From a virus (taxonomy: Duplodnaviria > Caudoviricetes), in the IMG/VR virus record IMGVR_UViG_3300020044_008413, positions 1-42,825 of that record: DNA of 42,825 bases, one strand, 5' to 3'. Position 1 is the first letter of the stretch. The number at the start of each line of letters is the position of its first letter. The notes under the pieces are model-generated. The model saw only the letters and a list, made by a program, of their open reading frames with translations. It did no database searches and was not told where the DNA came from. The translations under genes and the position numbers were made by a program. Positions 1 to 8,634 of the stretch are shown here, piece after piece.

Positions 1-121
1 CCCTTCACCTCCTTTCGTTGTTCAAGTTCCCACGCCATGAAAGCGTAGGCGGCTGACATGTTTCGGGCGGTGTCTGCATCATCTTCCCGATCTTGTCCAT
101 GGTGTTCAATGTCAATGATCC
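1..121. repeat. Terminal direct repeat (copy 1), circular assembly overlap
   Basis: Bases 1-121 are identical to 42705-42825. Confidence 0.95.
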
Positions 122-389
122 ACCTACCTTCCGCATCGTGGGCAAGCGAAAACGAATCGTGGTTGCCGTATGTGTCCTTGACCTTTTCGCACCGCTCCAA
201 CAGTACGCCACGCAACATAGCAACCATCTTTGCAGCCATTCGCCCATATTCGCCTGGCGGAGTACCCCATTTGCCTCCCATCGTCGTATCGGGCGCATTG
301 GGGTCATCCATTTCGATCATGTCGAGTGCTGCCTGAAAACGATCCCAAACCTCCCACAGTGGCGCGTTTCGTGCTTCTTGCTCATTCAT
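1..389 (-). CDS. Hypothetical protein (132 aa, MNEQEARNAPLWEVWDRFQAALD...), wraps the origin and ends at TAA 42697-42695
   Basis: Manual translation; ATG at 389 overlaps the upstream gene end and follows GGAGGT; frame stays open across the junction; missed by the ORF track. Confidence 0.7.
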   Translation of the reverse strand, partial: MNEQEARNAPLWEVWDRFQAALDMIEMDDPNAPDTTMGGKWGTPPGEYGRMAAKMVAMLRGVLLERCEKVKDTYGNHDSFSLAHDAEGRWIIDIEHHGQDREDDADTARNMSAAYAFMAWELEQRKEVK

Positions 390-603
390 TACCCACCTCC
401 ATTTTCTTGATGATTGCATTCAGATAAACCAAGGCCCCATTTGGTGACGTTTTGAGATTGTCTCCGTTTTCAGTCCAAATTTGTCCCCCGTCCCTTAGTT
501 CGATCATGTCCCATTCGATCCGGTACTTGATGCCAATGAAGTCAAGGGCAAGCCTAGCGCGTTCAAGGATTGGGCGCAATGGAATTACTTCTTGCTCAGT
601 CAC
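382..603 (-). CDS. Hypothetical protein
   Basis: 73 aa ORF overlapping both neighbours; GGAGGT upstream of GTG. Confidence 0.65.
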   Translation of the reverse strand: MTEQEVIPLRPILERARLALDFIGIKYRIEWDMIELRDGGQIWTENGDNLKTSPNGALVYLNAIIKKMEVGNE

Positions 604-1345
604 GGTTCACCTCCATTCCTGCGAGACCAAGTCCGTGACGCGCTGACATTAAAATTGACTTCGTATTAAGTGATTCGCCCAAAACTGCCTTTGCGTTGGC
701 ATCATCTTCGATGTCCAAAAGCGCATCCCTCAGCCGCTTGTTTTCGGCTTTGATGGCTTCGATTTCATCATCTTTGGCGGCGGATTTGGCGCGTTCGGCA
801 TTTCGCTGCTCAAGTAGGTCGATGATATGAGAAATCGGGTTTTCGTGAGTAGTAGATGCCCATGTATATACGGGAATCTGATCGGGACGCCCATTGAGCA
901 ACATGTACGACTTTGTAATCATCGGCACCCCCTTTTCGTGGGCCAAGATGATCAAATCATACAATGAATTTCCCGCGCCCTTTGCTCTTTGCCGATGTAC
1001 GCATTCATTGAAAAGCTCCTCGTTTTTCTTTTGAAGCATAGCGATTTCCTTGTCTGATTCCGCCACAGCGTCACGGGCTTCTAGGCCCGATAGCGAATAC
1101 AGTTCATCAAGTTCGAATTCGTGAAAATCACTTCGGTTGCCATCGAACTCAATCGTAAAGTACCCATTGATCGATGAAACAAGCCATTTATTTGAATCTT
1201 TCCCGCATCCATGTACTTTGAGCTTGCCGCAAAAGCCATGCGAAAAAAACGGGGCTACGTCGGTGAACTGAGATATGAGCGCATCTCGTTTCTTTTGAAG
1301 TTTGCTAGCGTGCTGCGCAAGCACTGCGATTAGTTTTTCTTCCAT
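596..1345 (-). CDS. Hypothetical protein with coiled-coil segments
   Basis: Long ORF; start moved to ATG 1345 because the track start (1363) lies inside the promoter motif. Confidence 0.7.
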   Translation of the reverse strand: MEEKLIAVLAQHASKLQKKRDALISQFTDVAPFFSHGFCGKLKVHGCGKDSNKWLVSSINGYFTIEFDGNRSDFHEFELDELYSLSGLEARDAVAESDKEIAMLQKKNEELFNECVHRQRAKGAGNSLYDLIILAHEKGVPMITKSYMLLNGRPDQIPVYTWASTTHENPISHIIDLLEQRNAERAKSAAKDDEIEAIKAENKRLRDALLDIEDDANAKAVLGESLNTKSILMSARHGLGLAGMEVNRD

Positions 1346-1360
1346 CGTCTTAATTTTCAT

Positions 1361-1406
1361 CAAAGTTACAAAGAATTTTGTTTAATCCAAATAAGTTGTA
1401 TCTTTG
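1361..1406. promoter_or_regulatory. Nested divergent Bacteroidota-type sigma-A promoters
   Basis: TAACTTTG (minus, 1368-1361) with TTTG 19 nt upstream; TATCTTTG (plus, 1399-1406) with TTTG 18 nt upstream. Confidence 0.7.
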
Positions 1407-1438
1407 CAGTAGTTTATTTCACTTTAACCCAAAATTAT

Positions 1439-2563
1439 ATGAGTGAGTACAGCACAGAACTCGCCCCGTTGCTTGATCAAAGCGGGCTTGAGGTCGAAAA
1501 AAGAAACGAAATCGGCGAAACCCTTGGCCGATTCTTTGCAAAGGCTTCTGAGTGGTCGGAAAAGATCAACACAATTGTCGTCACTGATCCGACCGACACA
1601 ATCACGATGAACATGGCGCGTGAAGGTCGTTTGGGCTTGCGGGCAATGCGCCTTGAAGCTGAAAAGTTGGTGAAGGAAAAGCGGGCAAGCGTTCAGCAGG
1701 CCATGTCTGCCTACACTTTGGAGGACAAACTTTGGCTTAAGTCGGGGCAAATGATGGAATTGACCTTCAAACATTTGGAGGGCCAACTCGAAAACCAAGA
1801 AAAGTTCGCGGAGCGATTCGAAGCCGACCGCCGCGCAAAGCTCAAAGCTGATCGCCTCGCAATCCTTGCACCTTTGGGCTACTTCGATGGCAATGGCCTT
1901 GATTTTATGACCGACGTTGCATTCGACGCGCTTATTGGTGGCTTGAAAGCAAAGATCCAAGCCGACAAAGAAGAGGCTGAACGCATTGAAGCCGAACGGA
2001 TCGCCAAAGAGAATGCCGAGCGCGAAGAACGTGCCCGCATCGCCGCCGAAAATGCCCGACTGAAAGCCGAAGCCGAGGCCAAGGAAAAGGAACTCGCCAT
2101 CGAACGTGCAAGGGTCGAAGCTGAACGCCAAAGGGCAGAAAAGGAACGCCGCGAAGCTGAGGAAAAGGCGAACCGCGAACGGTTGGAAGCTGAGGCAAAA
2201 GCAAAAGCAGAACGCGACGCAATCGAAGCACAGGCCGCAAAGGAACGCGCCGAGGCTGCTGCAAAGCTGAAAGCCGAACAAGACCGCATCGCCGAACTTG
2301 AACGCGCTGCAAAGGCCAAAGAAGCCGCAGAACTTGCAGAAAAGGCCCGCATTGAGGCGCAACGATTGGCCGATGAAAAGGCAGCCAAAGCCGCCGCCGA
2401 CAAAGCTGCAAAGGCTCCCAAAAAGGAGAAGCTCACCACGTGGATTGATGGGCTTGCATTGACCGCCCCTGCGGAATTTGCAGACGATTTGATCGTTGGT
2501 GGCATCCTGCAAAAGTTCGACGCTTTAAAGGTGTGGGCAAAATCTCAAATTGACGCGCTATGA
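1439..2563 (+). CDS. Ala/Glu/Lys/Arg-rich coiled-coil phage protein
   Basis: 374 aa ORF with a long charged helical low-complexity region. Confidence 0.8.
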   Translation: MSEYSTELAPLLDQSGLEVEKRNEIGETLGRFFAKASEWSEKINTIVVTDPTDTITMNMAREGRLGLRAMRLEAEKLVKEKRASVQQAMSAYTLEDKLWLKSGQMMELTFKHLEGQLENQEKFAERFEADRRAKLKADRLAILAPLGYFDGNGLDFMTDVAFDALIGGLKAKIQADKEEAERIEAERIAKENAEREERARIAAENARLKAEAEAKEKELAIERARVEAERQRAEKERREAEEKANRERLEAEAKAKAERDAIEAQAAKERAEAAAKLKAEQDRIAELERAAKAKEAAELAEKARIEAQRLADEKAAKAAADKAAKAPKKEKLTTWIDGLALTAPAEFADDLIVGGILQKFDALKVWAKSQIDAL

Positions 2564-2838
2564 ACACCCCTGACCGCGAATTGAACGACGACTTCGAAAA
2601 CGTCCCGCACGTTGAAGATTCGGCAAAGTACGCAATGGAATACGCTGAGAAGTTCGCCGAATGGCTGTGCAAGTTTGGTGGCGTTGATGCCGAACCCCGA
2701 ATGGGTGTATTCAATGCCTTTGTCGCCATTGATGGTCAGGAATACAGAATCAATCAAAGCGGCGACATTTACGGCGATGGTGGTGCAATCACTGCCCTGC
2801 ACTACGTCTATCAAAACTACGGCGACCGCCTGAAATGA
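2560..2838 (+). CDS. Hypothetical protein
   Basis: 92 aa ORF, ATGA overlap with the upstream gene. Confidence 0.7.
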   Translation: MNTPDRELNDDFENVPHVEDSAKYAMEYAEKFAEWLCKFGGVDAEPRMGVFNAFVAIDGQEYRINQSGDIYGDGGAITALHYVYQNYGDRLK

Positions 2839-2846
2839 CCACCAAC

Positions 2847-2868
2847 GCCCCATCTGCGGGGCTTTTTT
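2847..2868 (+). terminator. Intrinsic terminator with ATCTGC loop
   Basis: GCCCC-ATCTGC-GGGGC followed by T6. Confidence 0.7.
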
Positions 2869-2919
2869 CTATTGCATATCCAATTTATTTGTATATTTGC
2901 ATTATTAATTTCTTGAAAA

Positions 2920-4287
2920 ATGAGTGAGTATAAAGAGTTTTTAGAGCGCAAAAGGCACTCCGTAGGAAATTTCGGGTTTGAGCCTGATTGGTTCCCTGAT
3001 TGCTCGTTTGACTTTCAACGCCATATCATTCAATGGGCTTTGAAAAAAGGACGGGCCGCGATGTTTGCCGACACGGGACTAGGCAAAACATTGATGCAAT
3101 TGGCAATCGCTGAAAACATCATTCGCAAAACAAATGGCCGTGTCATTATCCTTACCCCGTTGGCGGTTGCCTTTCAGTTCATCAAAGAGGCTGCAAAGAT
3201 TGATATCGGCGACATTTCCTATTCCAAGGACGGGAAAATAAAAACCAAGATCGTCGTCACCAACTACGAACGGTTGCACCATTTTGATCCAAATGATTTT
3301 GAGGCGGTGATTTTGGACGAATCCAGCATCCTCAAAAACGATGAGGGGCAAATCAGGAATCAAGTCAACGCATTTATGCGCAAGGTGAAATATCGGTTTC
3401 TTTCCACGGCAACCCCGTCACCTAATGACTTCGTGGAACTTGGAACGAGTTCGGAAGCCTTGGGTCATCTTGGATATGTTGACATGCTGACTAAGTATTT
3501 TGTGAACAACCAAGACACGATCAGCCCTATCGGCATCGGCGTTAAGTGGGTTTTGAAGGGCCACGCCAAGGACGATTTTTGGCGATGGGTTTCGTCTTGG
3601 TCTATGTCGGTTCGTAAACCGTCCGATATTGGCTTTGATGATTCGCGGCATGTTTTGCCAAAGTTGCACATCCGCGACAACATTGTAAAAAATGGGGTTC
3701 CGCTTGTGGTCAATGGTCAACACTCACTATTCACAATTGAGGCCAAGACCATGAGCGAATTGAGATCCGAGGGAAGCGTCACTGTCGAGCCAAGATGCGA
3801 AAAGGCTGTGGAGGTGTCATCCAACTACGCCACGTCGGTATATTGGTGCAACCTGAATAAAGAGGCTGACTTGATCGAGAAAATGGATAGGTCGGCGGTT
3901 CAGGTCAAAGGATCAATGAGTATTGACAAAAAGGAGGAAATCCTATTGGCGTTTGCTGACGGGCAAATTCCGAAACTGATTACCAAGGCAAGTATTACAG
4001 CCTTTGGCCTCAATTGGCAACACTGCAACCACACGACATATTTTCCGACTTACAGCTATGAGCAATGGTATCAATCGATTCGCAGGTTCTGGAGGTTTGG
4101 GCAAACGAGGGAAGTATTCGCCGACCGAATTCTTTCCGAGGGACAAACCAAGCTGATCCGGTCACTCAATCAGAAAATGGAGAAAGCCGACGAAATGTTT
4201 TCCATTCTCACCAATATGACAGGCGGTGTCAATACTGACAAGGCCAAAACATTTTCAAAAGAAATTCAACTCCCAAAATTCATCTAA
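2920..4287 (+). CDS. SNF2/SF2-family helicase
   Basis: Walker A ADTGLGKT, ILDESS, STATP, FGLNWQ, QSIRRFWRFGQ; TATATTTG promoter upstream. Confidence 0.9.
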   Translation: MSEYKEFLERKRHSVGNFGFEPDWFPDCSFDFQRHIIQWALKKGRAAMFADTGLGKTLMQLAIAENIIRKTNGRVIILTPLAVAFQFIKEAAKIDIGDISYSKDGKIKTKIVVTNYERLHHFDPNDFEAVILDESSILKNDEGQIRNQVNAFMRKVKYRFLSTATPSPNDFVELGTSSEALGHLGYVDMLTKYFVNNQDTISPIGIGVKWVLKGHAKDDFWRWVSSWSMSVRKPSDIGFDDSRHVLPKLHIRDNIVKNGVPLVVNGQHSLFTIEAKTMSELRSEGSVTVEPRCEKAVEVSSNYATSVYWCNLNKEADLIEKMDRSAVQVKGSMSIDKKEEILLAFADGQIPKLITKASITAFGLNWQHCNHTTYFPTYSYEQWYQSIRRFWRFGQTREVFADRILSEGQTKLIRSLNQKMEKADEMFSILTNMTGGVNTDKAKTFSKEIQLPKFI

Positions 4288-4288
4288 A

Positions 4289-5305
4289 ATGGTTCATGAT
4301 CAAGTTATTACCGACAATTACGCAATCTACAACAGCGATTGCATGGAAGTTTTGCCAACTTTGCCCGACAAAAGCATTGATTTGAGTGTTTATAGCCCGC
4401 CATTTGCAGGGCTTTACAACTATTCCAGCTCCGAACGCGATTTCTCCAACTGTGACAGCCGCGAACAGTTCATGGAAATGTACGAATTTCTTATCAAGGA
4501 GATCGGTCGCGTTACCAAGGATGGCCGCATTTCGGCGGTTCACGTCATGGAGATTGTTTCGCGAAATGGCGCGTATTGGGATTTCCCAAATGCAGTCATT
4601 GAGTCCCACGCCCGCCACGGTTTCGAGTACAAAGGACGCATCACGATTTGGAAAGAACCTTTTCAGGTAAGGCTTAGGACAATGCTCAAAAGCCTCACAC
4701 ATCAAACTCTTGTCGAGGATGCCACAGAATGTTTTCCAGCTACGCCCGATTACCTTCTTTTGTTCAGGAAAAAAGGCGTTTGTGAAAAACCTGTGACCCA
4801 CGCCAAGGGACTCAAAAGATACTACGGCGCGATCCCAATTTTGCCAGATACCACGACATTTTTGGACAACTCCGAGACAGAAAACTACATTGAACTATCA
4901 AATACGGTTCTTCGTAGGCTTCAAAAGCAATTCGAACACTATGAAGGCGATCACAAAGGCAACATCCTGAGCCACGTTATCTATCGCCGTTACATGTCGA
5001 GCGTATGGGATGACATTCGCATTGACGAGGTGTTGCCGTTCCAAGAAAGCAAGGATGAAGACGATGAAAAGCACGTACACCCGTTGCAGTTGGATGTCAT
5101 TGATCGGGTTGTGGAATTGTACAGCAACCCAAACGACACGGTATTGACCCCATTTATGGGCGTTGGCAGCGAGGTGTTTTCTCCAGTGTCGCAAGGTCGC
5201 AAGGCAATCGGCATAGAGTTGAAGGAATCGTATTTTCGCCAAGCAATAATGAATCTCGAAAAAGTGGGTGAACGATTCAAGGAGTCTCAACTATCCCTAT
5301 TTTAG
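4289..5305 (+). CDS. N4/N6 DNA methyltransferase (beta class)
   Basis: Catalytic SPPF near N-terminus, KHVHPLQ, SAM-binding VLTPFMGVGS and IGIELK near C-terminus; ATG at 4289. Confidence 0.9.
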   Translation: MVHDQVITDNYAIYNSDCMEVLPTLPDKSIDLSVYSPPFAGLYNYSSSERDFSNCDSREQFMEMYEFLIKEIGRVTKDGRISAVHVMEIVSRNGAYWDFPNAVIESHARHGFEYKGRITIWKEPFQVRLRTMLKSLTHQTLVEDATECFPATPDYLLLFRKKGVCEKPVTHAKGLKRYYGAIPILPDTTTFLDNSETENYIELSNTVLRRLQKQFEHYEGDHKGNILSHVIYRRYMSSVWDDIRIDEVLPFQESKDEDDEKHVHPLQLDVIDRVVELYSNPNDTVLTPFMGVGSEVFSPVSQGRKAIGIELKESYFRQAIMNLEKVGERFKESQLSLF

Positions 5306-5330
5306 AACTCATTTTTCATACTTTATTCAA

Positions 5331-5360
5331 CAAAAACGCCCCCATTAGGAGGCGTTTTTG
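5331..5360. terminator. Bidirectional terminator between convergent genes
   Basis: CAAAAACGCC...GGCGTTTTTG inverted repeat. Confidence 0.7.
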
Positions 5361-5384
5361 CGTTATGCGAACCCAAAACCCGCA

Positions 5385-6380
5385 TTAGAGCATTCCCATG
5401 AAGTCTTCCGACAGCAACAAGTTCCCGCCGTTGTTGGCGTGATCGAGCGGCATCTCGTAGGCGTTACCGTCTACGGCACAAACCACCAAAATCGAAGTAC
5501 CGTCAGCTGGTGCGGCTCCGAAAGTGATCGTTCCAGTGGCGTAAGTTGCGGCGGTGGCGAATGCTGCCGATGATGCCTCGATTTCCGTACCATTCACGCG
5601 CAACAGGGCCAAATATTGCTTGTAGCCTGTATTGCTTGCCTTGAACTGAATCGGCTGAGGTGGCGTGGTCGTGACGCTGTTGTTCACATTGTCCAAGGCG
5701 AAGGCGGTTTTCGTTCCGTCGGGAGCGTCGGCGTTCGTGATAGACGCCGCATCATCAACGAAAATGGAAGCGTAAAACTTCGGAACGACCGCGCCGTTGG
5801 CAAACACCGTGTAGACGTTGTTTTCTGCCGACTCATTGTAAAAGGTAAACATTTGTTGGTTTTCGCCCGAATTGGCAACGCCCGACACGTTTTCTACCTT
5901 CACCTTTACATCTTTGACGAACGTAGAAGATTTGAGGTCGTTGTTGTCGGCGTAGCGGTGGATGATAAGCCCGCCACAAAGATTAAAGTCACCACGCCCC
6001 CATGAAATGGCTTCATTGTCGCTCGGATTCATACCCAAGATAAATTTCATGGTTCCGATTGCGTTGCCTTTGAGGGTGATGCTTGTCGAGTAGCTGCTGC
6101 CATCGTAGCGGGTATCGTCACGCTTGCCCGGCATTACGATTTTTTCCTCACCCTCCATCGTGATCCCAATCTCGGCAAGTTCCGACATTGAGCAAAGCAA
6201 GCACTGAGCTTGCACGAAGGTAGGTGTCGTGCCTTTGTAGAAACCATTGCGGCCACTGAATCGGGCCACGCCGAGATCGTTTGTTGATCCGTAAGGCACA
6301 AAGTAAACTTCAGTGCGCTTGGATGACGCAAGGAGCTTGGAATTCTGATTGCTTGGCGAAAATGTTCTTTGAGTTGCCAT
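5385..6380 (-). CDS. Putative major tail (tube) protein with C-terminal extra domain
   Basis: Last gene of the head-neck operon; 331 aa, Thr/Gly/Ala/Ser rich; called by position. Confidence 0.55.
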   Translation of the reverse strand: MATQRTFSPSNQNSKLLASSKRTEVYFVPYGSTNDLGVARFSGRNGFYKGTTPTFVQAQCLLCSMSELAEIGITMEGEEKIVMPGKRDDTRYDGSSYSTSITLKGNAIGTMKFILGMNPSDNEAISWGRGDFNLCGGLIIHRYADNNDLKSSTFVKDVKVKVENVSGVANSGENQQMFTFYNESAENNVYTVFANGAVVPKFYASIFVDDAASITNADAPDGTKTAFALDNVNNSVTTTPPQPIQFKASNTGYKQYLALLRVNGTEIEASSAAFATAATYATGTITFGAAPADGTSILVVCAVDGNAYEMPLDHANNGGNLLLSEDFMGML

Positions 6381-6389
6381 ATTCTTTAG

Positions 6390-7304
6390 TTAACTGTGAG
6401 CAAAATTATAAAAATTCAAGGAAAATGCGATAGTGAATTCGTGATACCAAGTCTGCGTTGATTGGTCTTCAAATTCCTGCATGCCCGATGTTGCCGAAAT
6501 CTGTAAACCAACGTCCCCCATTTTGGCCGCGATGTATTCGACTCCCTTAAAAGTGAAATCGAATTCAGTTTTTCCGTATTGGAAGGGGTCAAACATGGCC
6601 AACAATCGGCTCAACTGTTGATCGTAACCCGTCGTTTTGTTCACCACGGGCTTAATTCCGATGCTTATTTGGGCGTTCTTTTGCATCGTGCCGATCGTCT
6701 GCTGCTCGGTGTCCAATTGGGTCAAGCCGTGCAGGTAGATCGTCGGCTTTACCGTATTGTAAACCCATTCGCGGGGCTTGTAAACTACGTCATAGTGATC
6801 GCCGCCCGATACTTGCCAAACCCACGACTGAATGATAGCAATGAACAGAGCGATGGTGTCACCGTGCAAGTTCTCCTGCGAAATCATCCCGTAACCCGTG
6901 ACCGCTTGCGGGTTGTAGGTGTACGCAAATGCGAAAGAGTTGATTTCGATGATGCCAGTTGCGTCAGCCCCGCCACGTGTTGCCCGAATCTCAATGTAAA
7001 ATGGCAAATCTTCATCGGGCGCAATGGCTGCTAGTGCAACATTGGTAGGCGTAGCCCATGCAGTGAACGTGCCGCCTGAATTTTTCCAACGGAATTCCCA
7101 TGCAATCGTTCGGGTTCCCGTCGTTCCCGTCGTGTTTGCCGCGAACGTCTGCAACCCCGTTACCTGCTCCACAAATCCAATCTCAAAGACCGCCACGTCA
7201 CCAATCGCCAACAGTGACAGCAAAGCCGCTTCGCCGCTGGTGAATTGCCCGTTACCTGCGTTGTCGCGGGTTATGCGGGGCGATATGGATTGGGTGGTGG
7301 TCAC
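6390..7304 (-). CDS. Putative tail terminator/completion protein with N-terminal beta-rich domain
   Basis: Lies between neck gene and tail tube; C-terminal half (VVYKP...KPTIYL...WYHEFTIAF) has terminator-like pattern. Confidence 0.45.
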   Translation of the reverse strand: MTTTQSISPRITRDNAGNGQFTSGEAALLSLLAIGDVAVFEIGFVEQVTGLQTFAANTTGTTGTRTIAWEFRWKNSGGTFTAWATPTNVALAAIAPDEDLPFYIEIRATRGGADATGIIEINSFAFAYTYNPQAVTGYGMISQENLHGDTIALFIAIIQSWVWQVSGGDHYDVVYKPREWVYNTVKPTIYLHGLTQLDTEQQTIGTMQKNAQISIGIKPVVNKTTGYDQQLSRLLAMFDPFQYGKTEFDFTFKGVEYIAAKMGDVGLQISATSGMQEFEDQSTQTWYHEFTIAFSLNFYNFAHS

Positions 7305-7774
7305 GTGATCGGATAGTGATTCTGATAGGTGTACATCGTCCCTGCGTCGGCTGCGTCAACGGCTTCCCTGATCCCACGGGCGAAGATCGTTTTGATTGCG
7401 CCGCCGTACTGCTGCACTGCGATGGTCATAAACGTGCGTCCGTAGCGCTTGCGGCTCCAATCCAAAACCTTCATCGAATAAGCCGCTTTGCCCTCGTTCA
7501 TGTAAATTCGGACTGCGTTTGCCTTGACGCGCATTTGAACCGCTCCAACCAATGCGCCCGTACGCCTACGCACGTAACGCCCTTGGCTCAATTGGTGTGG
7601 TGGCTGTGGCGCGTTGCCTCCGTCGGCCGCGTTACCTGCCGAGTTAATCACAACGTCTGTGATCTTTCCCCGCATGAACGCCCCTGCATCCCTAATTCCT
7701 TCGCGTGCAGCCACGACGACATTTGCCCGCGCTGCTGCGAGTTTCTTGAGTGCCTTTTCGTCGTTTACTGCCAT
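7301..7774 (-). CDS. Neck/tail-completion protein, HK97 gp10-like
   Basis: Basic 157 aa protein with VRRRTGALVGAV (xTGxL) motif; ATG at 7774. Confidence 0.6.
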   Translation of the reverse strand: MAVNDEKALKKLAAARANVVVAAREGIRDAGAFMRGKITDVVINSAGNAADGGNAPQPPHQLSQGRYVRRRTGALVGAVQMRVKANAVRIYMNEGKAAYSMKVLDWSRKRYGRTFMTIAVQQYGGAIKTIFARGIREAVDAADAGTMYTYQNHYPIT

Positions 7775-7781
7775 TTGGGAA

Positions 7782-8177
7782 TTAGTATGCCTCGTAAAAG
7801 AATGCCTGAACCGTGCAAGGGTTGACAAGCGACATAGTTGCAAGCGTGATCGTGCTTGTGTAGATGCCTGCCGCGCAATCGTTGGCAACGGTTGCGGCTG
7901 AGTCGATCACTACCTCAACCTTTTTCGTTGGTTCTGCTGCGTTGTAGGTGATGAACAAATAGAATTGCACGTTGGTCACTCCTGCCAATACCGCTGCCTG
8001 TGACTTGATCGAAGTCGCCGCCGTCTTTGCAGGGATTTCGATGTTGAATGAGTCCAAAAGCGCGCTGTCCTTGGATGGAAAAATCAGCTCAACAAAATTG
8101 CTGATATTGCTATTGGTCGTGACGTTGGTGGTGTCAGTTCCCGTAATTGTGAGGGCTATATTAACAGTCCGTGCCAT
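7782..8177 (-). CDS. Putative virion structural protein
   Basis: 131 aa beta-rich ORF in the morphogenesis operon. Confidence 0.55.
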   Translation of the reverse strand: MARTVNIALTITGTDTTNVTTNSNISNFVELIFPSKDSALLDSFNIEIPAKTAATSIKSQAAVLAGVTNVQFYLFITYNAAEPTKKVEVVIDSAATVANDCAAGIYTSTITLATMSLVNPCTVQAFFYEAY

Positions 8178-8634
8178 TGTAATCAGTGATTAAAATTTCT
8201 TCCGCCCCGCCGATTCGTTCGGCTGTGGCTTGTAGGAAAACAAAGTAGTTCGATGAATAGATTCCAAGCTGACGCAATTCTACGCCCACCTGTGAGGCGT
8301 AACGCGCCATCTTGTCATTGTAGGCTTCAATCAGGATGCCACCGCCTTGCGTGTTTGGTATGCCTTCTTGATTTACACGGTCATAGGCCAACAACTCGTA
8401 ACGACATGCCGCGATCATTGCCCGATATGCAAAGGGATAAGTAACGGCAGTCAATGCCCGACCAACCAACCCGTCGATGTGCGTCCACGCTTCACGGACA
8501 GGGTTGCTGTCAGCGTCGGCGGCAACGATTGCGTCGATTTGTGTTGCTGTCAGGGTTCCCAATGTCGTAACCGCCCCGCTTGGTGCAAGGGGTACTAATT
8601 GAGATCCTGTTGGCTGTGTGAGTTGGGTTGGCAT
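8161..8634 (-). CDS. Putative head-tail adaptor
   Basis: 157 aa helical ORF, position downstream of capsid. Confidence 0.45.
   Translation of the reverse strand: MPTQLTQPTGSQLVPLAPSGAVTTLGTLTATQIDAIVAADADSNPVREAWTHIDGLVGRALTAVTYPFAYRAMIAACRYELLAYDRVNQEGIPNTQGGGILIEAYNDKMARYASQVGVELRQLGIYSSNYFVFLQATAERIGGAEEILITDYNGTDC

Noticed and set aside
1-121. Biological direct terminal repeat
   Set aside because: It falls mid-gene and its odd 121-nt length fits an assembler k-mer overlap; it shows circularity, not the packaged ends
5-307. 100-aa ORF from the track
   Set aside because: An alternative frame of the better-supported ORF starting at 389 that crosses the origin
1424-2512. Long antisense ORFs (362, 208, 159 aa) opposite the coiled-coil gene
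   Set aside because: Shadow ORFs expected from GCC/GAA/AAG-rich low-complexity codons; no promoter or plausible product
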